This document shows, piece by piece, positions 30,605 through 39,850 of a DNA stretch of 64,000 nt (position 1 is its first letter; each line of letters starts with the position of its first letter). The translations under genes were made by a program, and so were the position numbers. Source of the DNA: an uncultured Chloroflexia bacterium (GTDB lineage: Bacteria > Chloroflexota > Limnocylindria > Limnocylindrales > CSP1-4); the NCBI GenBank assembly GCA_963766735.1, contig CAVYBU010000003.1:192001-256000 (forward strand). The letters run 5' to 3'. The notes under the pieces were generated by a model. The model was not told where the DNA came from, searched no databases, and was given only the letters and a program-made list of their open reading frames with translations.

Positions 30605-32803
30605 GTGGGATCCGTGGACCCGCACCGCGAGACGATCGACGACCTGGACGTCCTGCTGGCCGCCCTGCCGCCCGAGATTGTCGCCGCCGTCAACGCCCTC
30701 CCCGATCGCGAGACGCTGATCGAGGTCGTCCTGGACCTGGGCCGCCGGCCCGAGGCGCGCTACCCATCGAGCGAGGTCACCCTGCTCGAGCGCGAGGTGG
30801 AGGAGGCGGATCTCCAGTACGTCGTGGACCACATCGGCACGTTCGGCGAGGACAACCGCGCTGGCATCGAGCGCACGCTCCACCGAATCAGCGCGATCCG
30901 CAACCGCAACGGCAAGGTCGTGGGGTTGACGTGCCGCATCGGGCGCGCGGTCTACGGGACGATCGAGATCATCACGGACTTCGTGGAGAGCGGGAAGTCG
31001 ATCCTGATCATGGGCCGGCCGGGCATCGGCAAGACCACGATGCTCCGGGAGGCCGCCCGCGTGCTGGCCGACGAGCAGCGCAAGCGCGTGGTGGTGGTCG
31101 ATACCAGCAACGAGATCGCCGGCGACGGCGACATCCCGCATCCGGCGATCGGCAAGGCGCGGCGGATGCAGGTTCGCATCCCCAGCCTCCAGCACGAGGT
31201 GATGATCGAGGCGGTGGAGAACCACATGCCCCAGGTCATCGTCATCGATGAGATCGGGACCGAGCTCGAGGCGCAGGCCGCCCGCACGATCGCCGAGCGC
31301 GGGGTCCAGCTGATCGGCACCGCTCACGGCAACAACCTCGACAACCTCCTGCTGAACCCGACCCTGTCGGACCTGATCGGCGGGATCCAGAGCGTGACCC
31401 TCGGCGACGACGAGGCGCGCCGGCGACGCTCACAGAAGAGCGTCCTGGAGCGGAAGCAGCCGCCGACATTCGACGTGATCGTGGAGATCCAGGATCGCGA
31501 GAAGGTGCTGGCGCACGCTGACGTTGCGGCCACCGTGGACGCGATGCTGCTGGGTGACCCGGTCGCGGCGGAGCTCCGCTGGCGAGACGAGGAGGGGGTG
31601 CACCGATCCCAGTCGCGTCCCAAGCCGTCCGCACGCGAGACGGCCGGGGGCGGGGACCGGTTCAGCGGTTTGACCGGGTCCAGCGCGGGCGCGTGGGGAC
31701 GCGAGCCCGGGTGGCGAGGGGCGTCCACCTACCGGACCGGCGGCTATGCGGGCGAGGAGCGCGGACCGGCCGGGGCACGTCCCGGGTACCGGCCCGGCGG
31801 GTCCGGCGGCTGGCGGGGGACAAGGGGCGGCGCCTCCGACCGAGGCGCGGACCGCGGTGGTGATCGCGGGGCGCGCAGCCCGGAGGGGGACCGATCGGGC
31901 TCCCTGAGCGTCCTGCCGGGCGAGCGGTTTGCCGCGCGCCACGGTTCACCTTCGGGATCCGGTTCGTCGTTCGCCCCCGGACTGCCGTTCGTGACCGCGG
32001 AGATCGCCGATCGCGGGCCGCTGGAGCGGGCCGAGGCAGCCGCAGCCGCAGCCGCAGAGGTCCGGGCCCGGGACGCGCGGGAGCTGGCTCGCCAGAAGGC
32101 GTGGCGCGACCAGGCCGCGCGGGCCCTCGACGCGCTGCACGAGGAAGAGGGCACGCGGCCGGTCAATGCCGCGGAGCTCGAGGCGGCGGAGGAGCAGCGG
32201 ATCGCCCTGATGGTGCCGGGGGAGACGGGGTCCACGTTCGATGACGGCGCCGTCGGCGAGATCGCGGGCGAGGAGGAGGATGACGATGCCTCCTTCGGGT
32301 CCGGGGCGCTCTCCGTCGAAGGCGGGCTCCTGCCGACGCTCCGCGTCTTCCCGCACGGGATCAGCCGCAAGCGCCTGGAGCAGGCGATCCGCGACCTCCA
32401 GCTGCCGGTGGTGATCGCGCGCGAGCCCGACGAGGCCGACGTGGCGATGACGCTCCGCAGCGAGTACCGCCAGAAGCCGCCGGCCCTGCGTGAGGCAGAG
32501 GACCGGGGCATCCCGATCTATGTCCTCAAGGCGAACACCATCGCCCAGATGCAGGCATCGCTCACGTCCGTGTTCGCGCTGGAGGTGGATCCACGAGAGG
32601 CCGCCCTGCGCGAGACGGAGCAGGCGATCGGCCTGGTCGTCAAGGAGCAGGAGCCGGTGGAGCTCGCGCCGCAGAACGCCTACATCCGCCGGCTGCAGCA
32701 CCAGATGGCGGAGCGCGCGAACCTCGTCTCGCGGTCCCGCGGCCGGGAGCCGTATCGGCGGGTGCGGCTGTATCCCGATGCCGCGAGGACCGCCTGGCGG
32801 TAG
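30605..32803 (+). CDS. Ycf45/SpoIIIAA-like AAA ATPase with C-terminal R3H domain
   Basis: DNRAGIERTLHRIS, Walker A GRPGIGKTT, VIDEIG, C-terminal PQNAYIRRLQHQMAE (R3H). Confidence 0.88.
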   Translation: MGSVDPHRETIDDLDVLLAALPPEIVAAVNALPDRETLIEVVLDLGRRPEARYPSSEVTLLEREVEEADLQYVVDHIGTFGEDNRAGIERTLHRISAIRNRNGKVVGLTCRIGRAVYGTIEIITDFVESGKSILIMGRPGIGKTTMLREAARVLADEQRKRVVVVDTSNEIAGDGDIPHPAIGKARRMQVRIPSLQHEVMIEAVENHMPQVIVIDEIGTELEAQAARTIAERGVQLIGTAHGNNLDNLLLNPTLSDLIGGIQSVTLGDDEARRRRSQKSVLERKQPPTFDVIVEIQDREKVLAHADVAATVDAMLLGDPVAAELRWRDEEGVHRSQSRPKPSARETAGGGDRFSGLTGSSAGAWGREPGWRGASTYRTGGYAGEERGPAGARPGYRPGGSGGWRGTRGGASDRGADRGGDRGARSPEGDRSGSLSVLPGERFAARHGSPSGSGSSFAPGLPFVTAEIADRGPLERAEAAAAAAAEVRARDARELARQKAWRDQAARALDALHEEEGTRPVNAAELEAAEEQRIALMVPGETGSTFDDGAVGEIAGEEEDDDASFGSGALSVEGGLLPTLRVFPHGISRKRLEQAIRDLQLPVVIAREPDEADVAMTLRSEYRQKPPALREAEDRGIPIYVLKANTIAQMQASLTSVFALEVDPREAALRETEQAIGLVVKEQEPVELAPQNAYIRRLQHQMAERANLVSRSRGREPYRRVRLYPDAARTAWR

Positions 32804-32830
32804 GTCCGGCGACGGCGACCTGGGCGGCGG

Positions 32831-33283
32831 TCAGTCTGGCGCGGCGACGTAGGCCGCCACCACCTCGCTCAGGCGCCTGCTCTTCACGGGCTCCACGATC
32901 AGCTCGATGTCCGTGAGCGCGAAGTCGGCGCCCTTGAACAGGAGCGGCTCGCCGAGGTCCCGCGCCAGCGCGTACGAGAAGCAGTCGCCCATGTTGAGCC
33001 GGGCCGGGTGCCCGGAGCCGCGCCCGAACTGCTGGTAGGCGATCCGTGCGATCCGTGCCTGCTCGAAGGTGAACGGCACGACCTCGATGTGGAGCGCCCT
33101 CAGGACGCTATCGATGGAGCCCGAGATCACGGGGTCCCGCCGGCCGTCGACGACGGCGCCGAGTTCGACGTAGCTGGCGGCCGACAGTCGCCTGGCCGGT
33201 GCAGAAGCCATCGCTGTTGCGAAGGCAGGGCCGTCGGGTTCGCGGTGCAGGATCGCCACCACGACGGACGTGTCGATGATCAC
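32831..33283 (-). CDS. vapC: VapC/PIN-domain toxin
   Basis: MIIDTSVVVAIL, GRGSGHPARLNMGDCFSYALA, PLLFKGADF. Confidence 0.93.
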   Translation of the reverse strand: MIIDTSVVVAILHREPDGPAFATAMASAPARRLSAASYVELGAVVDGRRDPVISGSIDSVLRALHIEVVPFTFEQARIARIAYQQFGRGSGHPARLNMGDCFSYALARDLGEPLLFKGADFALTDIELIVEPVKSRRLSEVVAAYVAAPD

Positions 33284-33540
33284 TTCGGCAGCCCCATCTC
33301 GTCGTACAGGAGCGCGTCGAAGTCCTGGCTCAGGTAGTCGTGGCCCAAGCGATCTCCGAGCTCGCCCACCATCTCGAGCACCTCTTCGACATCGAACGCA
33401 GGTTCCACACGCTCGGCCCGCGCCTGCTCCAGCCGGACGCGGACCGCGTCGGTGATGGCGGCGGTGAGGGAGACATCCAGCTCGGAGGCGAGCTCCCGGA
33501 CGAGCCGGACCGTCTCTTCGTTCTTGATGTTGAGGCTCAT
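33280..33540 (-). CDS. vapB: VapB antitoxin (Rv0623/PSK-type)
   Basis: MSLNIKNEETVRLVRELA..SLTAAI..LYDEMGLPK. Confidence 0.9.
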   Translation of the reverse strand: MSLNIKNEETVRLVRELASELDVSLTAAITDAVRVRLEQARAERVEPAFDVEEVLEMVGELGDRLGHDYLSQDFDALLYDEMGLPK

Positions 33541-33541
33541 G

Positions 33542-33577
33542 GATAGAAGTCTACCCTTGATACGGTAGATGTCTACC
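33542..33577 (-). promoter_or_regulatory. Two palindromic operators over the leaderless vapB promoter
   Basis: GGTAGATGTCTACC (33564-33577) and GATAGAAGTCTACC (33542-33555), 22-bp period; -10 TAGACT 7 nt before ATG. Confidence 0.75.
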
Positions 33578-33659
33578 TTGACCCGCGCGACTGGGAGTGC
33601 CCGGAGGCGGCCCGCGGGGGCGCCGAGCGCCGCTCGTGCCGACACGCCACGATGTCGCC

Positions 33660-34256
33660 ATGAGCGGCAACGCCGACCGGCCACTCCCGCGTCCCTTCCG
33701 GCGCCTCGAGCGGATCTCGACCGGGCGCTCGGGCCTCGCGCTGGTGGGGGCATGGGCATTCGCGGAGGCGATCGCCTGGCCGATCATTCCGGACGTCGCG
33801 ATCGGCCTGCTCGCGATCGTCGTTCCGCGCCGCACCCTCCCGCTGTTCGCAGTCCTGATCGCCGGCGCGCTCGCCGGGACGGCGGTCCTGTACGCCCTCA
33901 CGCTCGCCGCCCCGGATGCCATCGAGGCGATGCTCCTGGCGCTGCCCGGCATCCACGAGACCACGATGGCAACAGCTCGCGAGACGGTCGCCGCCGGCAA
34001 CCCCACCTCGATTGCCCTCGTGGGTCCCGGCACGCCGCTCAAGGTGTACACGTTCGCCTGGGCGATCGGACCGGCGACGCCGGTTGCGCTCGCAGTTGGC
34101 GCAGTCCTGAACCGGATCACGCGGATCGGGCCCGGGCTCCTGGCGCTCGCGGCCCTGGGGTGGTTCGCGCCGGAGTTCCTGCGCCGTCACGACCGCCTGG
34201 TGCTTGCCACGTACGCCACGGCGTACGTGGTGGGCTACGCGCTCTACTGGCGGTAG
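33660..34256 (+). CDS. YqaA/DedA-like membrane protein
   Basis: WAFAEAIAWPIIPD, GTPLKVYT; several TM segments. Confidence 0.65.
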   Translation: MSGNADRPLPRPFRRLERISTGRSGLALVGAWAFAEAIAWPIIPDVAIGLLAIVVPRRTLPLFAVLIAGALAGTAVLYALTLAAPDAIEAMLLALPGIHETTMATARETVAAGNPTSIALVGPGTPLKVYTFAWAIGPATPVALAVGAVLNRITRIGPGLLALAALGWFAPEFLRRHDRLVLATYATAYVVGYALYWR

Positions 34257-34289
34257 AGGTCCACGCGCTCGCACAGAGCGGTCCACCGT

Positions 34290-35027
34290 TCAGAGTGCCC
34301 GAACGATGGCCTCGAGCCGGGCGGTGAATTCGCGGGCGCGCTCGCCCGGGAGTGCCCGCATCGGCGCCCCGAACCGCACCTCCACCGGGGCCCGGTGCGG
34401 CCGTCGCGCGCCCTTGGGCAGGACGGCAGCGATCCCGATGATCTTCACCGGCAGCACCTGGTGCCCGGTGCGAACGGCCAGCAGCCCGGCGCCCGGGCGG
34501 AAGGATGCGATCTGGCCGGTCATGCTCCGTGTCCCCTCGGGGAAGATCAGCACGTTCCAGCCCGCATCCAGGAGGCCTGCGGCCGTCGCGAACGAATTGT
34601 CGCCCTGACCGGCCCGCTTGAACGCGAACGAGCCGAGCCAGGCGGCGAAGAACCAGCGCTTGCGGCTCGCCGTGAAGTAGTCGGCCGCTGCCGCCGCCGA
34701 CAGTCGCCGCCGGTAGCGCGGGCCGAGGGCCAGCCGCATCGCCGAGAAGTCGAAGTGGCTGGCATGGGTCGGGCAGATGATCGACGGCGGCTCCAGCTCC
34801 GCCAAGTGCTCGGCGCCGATCACTTTCGGACCGCGCAGGTAGTACGCGAGGAACGGTCCGACGATCCGCGCGGTGACCTCCCGCGCGAGGCAGGCGGCCG
34901 GCGAGAACTGCCAGCCATGCGGACGAATGGTCTTGCCGCCCGCGCGCGCCGGCTTCGGGGTGGCGGCCGGCGCCGTGGCGTCCCTCGCCGTCGCGTCCCT
35001 CGTCTCGGGTTCCGGCATCTCGACCAT
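34290..35027 (-). CDS. Lysophospholipid acyltransferase (PlsC family)
   Basis: THASHFD (HxxxxD), AAADYF, IFPEGTRS. Confidence 0.9.
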   Translation of the reverse strand: MVEMPEPETRDATARDATAPAATPKPARAGGKTIRPHGWQFSPAACLAREVTARIVGPFLAYYLRGPKVIGAEHLAELEPPSIICPTHASHFDFSAMRLALGPRYRRRLSAAAAADYFTASRKRWFFAAWLGSFAFKRAGQGDNSFATAAGLLDAGWNVLIFPEGTRSMTGQIASFRPGAGLLAVRTGHQVLPVKIIGIAAVLPKGARRPHRAPVEVRFGAPMRALPGERAREFTARLEAIVRAL

Positions 35028-35968
35028 CAGCCGGCACCCCACAGCCGTGCGATCCAGTAACCCAACGCCACCGTCACCAGCAGCGAGTCAATCCGGTCCA
35101 GGATCCCGCCGAACCCGGGCAGCCAGCGCCCGGCGTCCTTGACGCCCGCCTCGCGCTTCGCCGCGCTTTCGAGGAGGTCTCCCCAGAGCGCACCGCCGGC
35201 CACCAGGGGCACCAGCGCGAGGACGAACGGGAGGCCGAAGGTGGGCACGAGCGCCGGCAGGAACAGGACCAGCCCAACCGCCGCGCCGAGGACGTTGCCG
35301 ACGACGCCCTCCCGGGTCTTGTTCGGCGAGAGGCGGGGCGCCAGCTTTGTCCGGCCGAACGTGCGTCCGACGACGAAGGCGCCCACGTCCGAGAACGCGC
35401 AGGCGACGGCGAGCGCGACGACGAGCGCTGTCCCGGCCTCGCCATCCTCAACGGAGAGCGCCACGGCGTGCACGAGCAGCACGGAGATCAGCACCATGCC
35501 CACGGCTGCCATCCCCATGTCGCGGATCGCACGGCCCGTGTCCGCACGGATCACCGGCCATGCGGCGCCTGCCAGCACGACGCCGCCGACAAGCCAGTCC
35601 GCGGCGCCCACGCCGCCCACTGCGACGGCCCAGAAGATCACCGCGTTCGCAATGACCATCGCGATCCGGTGGTGGGCGGGGAGGTCGAACATCCGCGCCC
35701 ACTCGACCAGGCCGAGGGTCGCGATGGCCCCGAACAAGAGGGCGATCCCGGGGATGCCCGCCCGGGCCGCCACCAGGAGCACGACCGCCAGGACCGCGTA
35801 CGAACCCGCCCGCTGGAGCGCCATGCGCGGCGTCAGGCCGGTGGTCCGCCCGCGGCGCGCCAGCGCGTAGATCGAGGCGCCGGCCAGCCCCAGCACGGCC
35901 CCCGCCAGCAGGACGAGCGAGGCGGCATCGACCGGGGACAGCGTTGCGAGATCGGGGAGCGGCGGCAT
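35027..35968 (-). CDS. Phosphatidate cytidylyltransferase (CdsA/YnbB-like)
   Basis: [47 protein letters not shown]. Confidence 0.9.
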   Translation of the reverse strand: MPPLPDLATLSPVDAASLVLLAGAVLGLAGASIYALARRGRTTGLTPRMALQRAGSYAVLAVVLLVAARAGIPGIALLFGAIATLGLVEWARMFDLPAHHRIAMVIANAVIFWAVAVGGVGAADWLVGGVVLAGAAWPVIRADTGRAIRDMGMAAVGMVLISVLLVHAVALSVEDGEAGTALVVALAVACAFSDVGAFVVGRTFGRTKLAPRLSPNKTREGVVGNVLGAAVGLVLFLPALVPTFGLPFVLALVPLVAGGALWGDLLESAAKREAGVKDAGRWLPGFGGILDRIDSLLVTVALGYWIARLWGAG

Positions 35969-35977
35969 TGCCGGTGC

Positions 35978-36643
35978 CTACGCGAGCCGCCGGATGGCCA
36001 CCAGGATCCGCTCGAGCAGCGTGAGCACCGTTCCGATGAGCAGGATCGGTCCGAAGGCCACCCATGCCGTGGTGTCCGCGGGTCCTGCGATGAACGCCCA
36101 CAGGCAGCAGGCCACGAGCAGGGTCATCCGGCCCGGTTTGGACAGGATGCCGCGGTAGATCCGTTCGCCTCCCGCGGCCCTGGCCGTGATCCCCACGTAC
36201 GACGCCATCACGCCCATCAAGACGCCGAGCAGGACGATCTGTGGCGAGGCACCCGGCAGGAAGGCAACCGGGGCCAGGAACGCGATGTCCGCCAGCCGGT
36301 CACCCAGCTCGTTGTAGAGCTCGCCCCGCGGGTGGATCTTCCCGGTCCGGCGCGCCATGTTGCCGTCGATGAGGTTCAGGACGAGCCGCAGGATGACCAG
36401 CAGGGGAATGATGAGGAGGAGTGCCGGCACCGACGGGGAGATGAGCAGGCAGACGCCGCCGAGCACGGCCACGGGTACGGCGGCGAGCGTGACCATGTCC
36501 GGCGTGATGCCTGCCTTCGCCAACCGGTCAACGAGGGGAACCAGGCGCGCGTTAACGGCTCCCTTGGTCGCGTAGAGGTCCACGACTCGCTCCCTGGCTC
36601 GAGTGTCGAGCACCCACCCCCCCGTGATCGTGGATGACGGCAT
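35978..36643 (-). CDS. CDP-alcohol phosphatidyltransferase (YnbA-like)
   Basis: ITPDMVT, NLIDGNMAR..GELYNELGDRLAD. Start uncertain. Confidence 0.88.
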   Translation of the reverse strand: MPSSTITGGWVLDTRARERVVDLYATKGAVNARLVPLVDRLAKAGITPDMVTLAAVPVAVLGGVCLLISPSVPALLLIIPLLVILRLVLNLIDGNMARRTGKIHPRGELYNELGDRLADIAFLAPVAFLPGASPQIVLLGVLMGVMASYVGITARAAGGERIYRGILSKPGRMTLLVACCLWAFIAGPADTTAWVAFGPILLIGTVLTLLERILVAIRRLA

Positions 36644-36810
36644 GGGGCGGCGTCAACGGCCGATCCGCCCTCACACCGCCCTGGCGGTCGAGCTTTCTGG
36701 CGCTGTCGCCCGGTGCGCCTTCCGGCGCGCCACCGACGCGTGTTCGAGGTCAGGAATCCGGCTCTCCAGGGGCGTGTCGCCGCCCTCCCAGAGCCATCGC
36801 CCCGGTCGGC

Positions 36811-38244
36811 TCAGCTCTTCAGGTGGGCGATGACGGCGCGCGCCGCATGGAGCCCGCTCATGCCGTGGACCCCACCACCCGGCGGCGTGGACGAGGAGCA
36901 GAGGTAGATGCCCGGGTCCGGGGTGGTGTACGGGTTCCAGCGGACAACCGGCCGGAACAGGAGCTGGCGCCAGTCGCCGATGCCGCCGTTGATGTCGCCG
37001 CCGACGTAGTTCGCGTCGTACGCCTCCATCGCCGCAGCGTCCTTCGCCGCGCGGGCGAGGACCAGGTCCCGGAATCCCGGCGCGAACCGCTCCACCTGCG
37101 ACTCGATCGCGGCGGTCATGTCCACCGTGGAACCGTTGGGGACGTGGCAGTACGCCCATGCGACGTGCTTGCCTTCGGGGGCGCGCGACGGGTCGGCGGT
37201 CGTGGGCTGGACGAGGATCACGAAGGGCTGTTCCGCGTGACGCCCCCGACCGACGGCCTCCTCTGAAGCCGCGACCTCTCGGTAGGTTCCGCCGAGGTGA
37301 ACGGTGGCGGCCCGCGCCGTGGCCGGATCGCGCCAGGGGATCGGGCCATCGAGTGCCCAGTCGATCTTGAACACGCCCGGTCCGTACCGGAAGCCTTCGA
37401 GCTGGCGCCGGTAACCAGCGGGCAGCCGATCCCCGGCGACGGCCAGCACCTGGCGAGGCGTGAGATCGAGGAGCACGGCGCGAGCCGGCGGCAGATCGGC
37501 CAGGGAGTCGACCCGGTGCCCGGCGACGATCTCCACGCCCAGCGATCGTGCCTCGGCCTCCAGGGCGTCGGCGATCGCCCCACTGCCACCCCGGGCCACC
37601 GGCCAGCCGACAGCGTGCGCCAGGAGCCCGAGCACGAGTCCGAAGGAGCCGCTCAGCGGCTGGGAGAGCCGGAGCATCGAGTGGGCGGCCATCCCGGCGA
37701 ACAGGGCACGAGCCCCCGGTTCGCGGAACGCCAGGCGGGCGAGGGAGGTGGCGGGCAGCAGCGCCGGGAGGCCGAACCGCGCCATGAGGATCGGGTGGCG
37801 CGGCGGACGCACGACCGGTCCGAGGATCGCCGGAACAAGCCGCTCCCACTCGCGGACGTAGGGGCCGAGCAGGCGACGCCAGGCATCCGCGTCCCGGCCC
37901 AGCGCCTCGTCGATCGAGGCCAGGTCACGTTCCAGCACGATGCTCCGGCCGGGCGCCAGGGCGTGGGCGACCGGTGCTTCGGGCTGCACCCACTCGAGCC
38001 CGTGCCGCGCGAGGTCGAGGGACCGGAAGAATGGTGACGCGACTCCCAGTGGGTGGACGGACGCGCATGGATCGTGGATGAAGCCGGGCAGCGTCAGCGC
38101 CGCGGAGCGCGACCCGCCGCCGACGGTCTCTGCCGCCTCGTAGACGCGGACGGACCGGCCGGCGCGGGCGAGCTCGATCGCGGCGGCGAGCCCGTTCGGC
38201 CCCGCGCCGACGACGATGGCGTCCAGGTCACTGGGGCGGTTCAT
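36811..38244 (-). CDS. Phytoene dehydrogenase-like FAD-dependent oxidoreductase
   Basis: VVGAGPNGLAAA, HDPCASVHP, NYVGGDINGG, CSSSTPPGGGVHGMSG; leaderless TAGCCT-N6-ATG. Confidence 0.88.
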   Translation of the reverse strand: MNRPSDLDAIVVGAGPNGLAAAIELARAGRSVRVYEAAETVGGGSRSAALTLPGFIHDPCASVHPLGVASPFFRSLDLARHGLEWVQPEAPVAHALAPGRSIVLERDLASIDEALGRDADAWRRLLGPYVREWERLVPAILGPVVRPPRHPILMARFGLPALLPATSLARLAFREPGARALFAGMAAHSMLRLSQPLSGSFGLVLGLLAHAVGWPVARGGSGAIADALEAEARSLGVEIVAGHRVDSLADLPPARAVLLDLTPRQVLAVAGDRLPAGYRRQLEGFRYGPGVFKIDWALDGPIPWRDPATARAATVHLGGTYREVAASEEAVGRGRHAEQPFVILVQPTTADPSRAPEGKHVAWAYCHVPNGSTVDMTAAIESQVERFAPGFRDLVLARAAKDAAAMEAYDANYVGGDINGGIGDWRQLLFRPVVRWNPYTTPDPGIYLCSSSTPPGGGVHGMSGLHAARAVIAHLKS

Positions 38245-38278
38245 GATTCGAGGCTAGCGCCTCGACGGGCCAGGCGCC

Positions 38279-39037
38279 TCAGCTTCCCGTTGCACGACCG
38301 CCCGCCGCGCGGCGCCGCACCCACCGAACCGGCGCCGTCACGGTGCCGATCGCCGTGGATACGACGATGCTGCCCCGGACGTTGCGCGCGTAGCGCCACT
38401 GGCGCCGCTTGTCCACGCAGACCTTGGCCGTCACGACGTTGGGGTCCGCGACACCCACGGAGCGGGCGAGGTTGTCGAGGGTCTGCTCCCAGAACCTGTC
38501 GTTCTGCCGGTTCGCGCCAAGCACGTAGCTCAGCTCGACGAACGGGTCGCTTGCCCGCTCGAGGGCCTGCACCTGGGCGACCGTGATGTCGCCGTCCCGG
38601 TGCGAGGAGAACGTGATCCAGGCCGAGAGCATGTGACCTTCAGGGGTCATGAAGGTGAACGATTCGGCGTCCGCGTAGATGACCATCACGCCCGTCGACA
38701 TCGTCAGTGGCGCGCCGGGCATCGCCTGGACCTCGAGCAGCGCGACCTCGCCGGGGCTGATGCCCGACAGCGGGGCGTAGAACTTGGCGCCCTTGGGCCA
38801 GAAGGTCGGGAAGTTGGCCTTCCAGTGGGCGACGAGCTCATGCGGCGTCAGCTCGCAGCCCTCGAGGCGGACGGAGAAGGTCTTCTGCCACATCTGGCCG
38901 AAGCCCTGGACGGGCCCGGTGACGCGCTTGCCGGTGACCCGGTCGCTGCCGGCGCCGCTCGCGGTCGTGCTCAACTTGTCGACGGGACGGGCCCACGACT
39001 CCTGGTCGCGGGGGGTGCGGGGCTCGGGTGTGGTCAT
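38279..39037 (-). CDS. Hypothetical protein downstream of the STAS pair
   Basis: GGAGG RBS; globular, aromatic-rich sequence (GPVQGFGQMWQKTF, SFTFMTPEGH); no function recognised. Confidence 0.75.
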   Translation of the reverse strand: MTTPEPRTPRDQESWARPVDKLSTTASGAGSDRVTGKRVTGPVQGFGQMWQKTFSVRLEGCELTPHELVAHWKANFPTFWPKGAKFYAPLSGISPGEVALLEVQAMPGAPLTMSTGVMVIYADAESFTFMTPEGHMLSAWITFSSHRDGDITVAQVQALERASDPFVELSYVLGANRQNDRFWEQTLDNLARSVGVADPNVVTAKVCVDKRRQWRYARNVRGSIVVSTAIGTVTAPVRWVRRRAAGGRATGS

Positions 39038-39126
39038 GGCATGCCTCCGAAGGCAACGGGGAACCAGGGACGGGTTCCGGCGGGGCGGGACGCGGATGAC
39101 GGTGGGCGGCGCTGCCGCCAGGGCTC

Positions 39127-39468
39127 TCAGGCGGATGCGGCAGCGAGCGCCGCGGTCTCGTCGTCGTGGATCGCGATCGCCTCGTCGAGGCGGGTGAGCT
39201 CAAGGATCTGCTTGTAGTGGTCGGACAACCCCACGGCGAGGAGCTTCTGGTTCGCGCGCTGGGTCCGGACGAGCAGGGTGACCAGGAGACCGATCCCACC
39301 CGAGTTCATGTAGTCAAGCTGGCTGAAGTCCAGGACGATCGATCGGGCGTCGCCGGCTTCGGCATAGGCGGCCATGATCGGCGGCTCGCTGCCCCCGGTG
39401 ATCTCGCCATGGATCCGCAGGATCGCGGTCGATCCATCACGGGTCACGTCAACGGTGGTGTCGGTCAT
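39127..39468 (-). CDS. STAS-domain anti-sigma-factor antagonist
   Basis: IVLDFSQLDYMNSGGIGLLV..LELTRLD with the phosphorylatable Ser. Confidence 0.92.
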   Translation of the reverse strand: MTDTTVDVTRDGSTAILRIHGEITGGSEPPIMAAYAEAGDARSIVLDFSQLDYMNSGGIGLLVTLLVRTQRANQKLLAVGLSDHYKQILELTRLDEAIAIHDDETAALAAASA

Positions 39469-39827
39469 CGGGCTGCCTCCTCGGGGACGGGCGTCGCCGG
39501 CTGGCCGTCGGCGATCGTGAGGTAGTCGGACAGGCGCGTGATCCGGAAGATCTCGCGGTAGTGGTCAGAGAGGCCTTCGGCGATCACCTCGCGATGGTCG
39601 CGACGCGCCTCGGCCAGGAGCCGGACGATCAGGGCGATGCCCGTCGAATTGATGTAGTCGACCTGCGTGAAGTCGAGGACGACACGGGTCGCGCCAGCCT
39701 CGGCAGCCTCGGCATAGGCTGCGGCGAGGGCATCGTCTGCGGCGATGTCCACGTCCCCCCGCATCGCCAGGCGGGCCTCGCCGGGGATCGTTGTGACGAC
39801 CTCCACGGCCAGTCGGTTGTCGTTCAT
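39465..39827 (-). CDS. STAS-domain anti-sigma-factor antagonist
   Basis: VVLDFTQVDYINSTGIALIV..IFRITRL. Confidence 0.92.
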   Translation of the reverse strand: MNDNRLAVEVVTTIPGEARLAMRGDVDIAADDALAAAYAEAAEAGATRVVLDFTQVDYINSTGIALIVRLLAEARRDHREVIAEGLSDHYREIFRITRLSDYLTIADGQPATPVPEEAAR

Positions 39828-39850
39828 GGCTGCTCCTTCGATCCTGCGGG

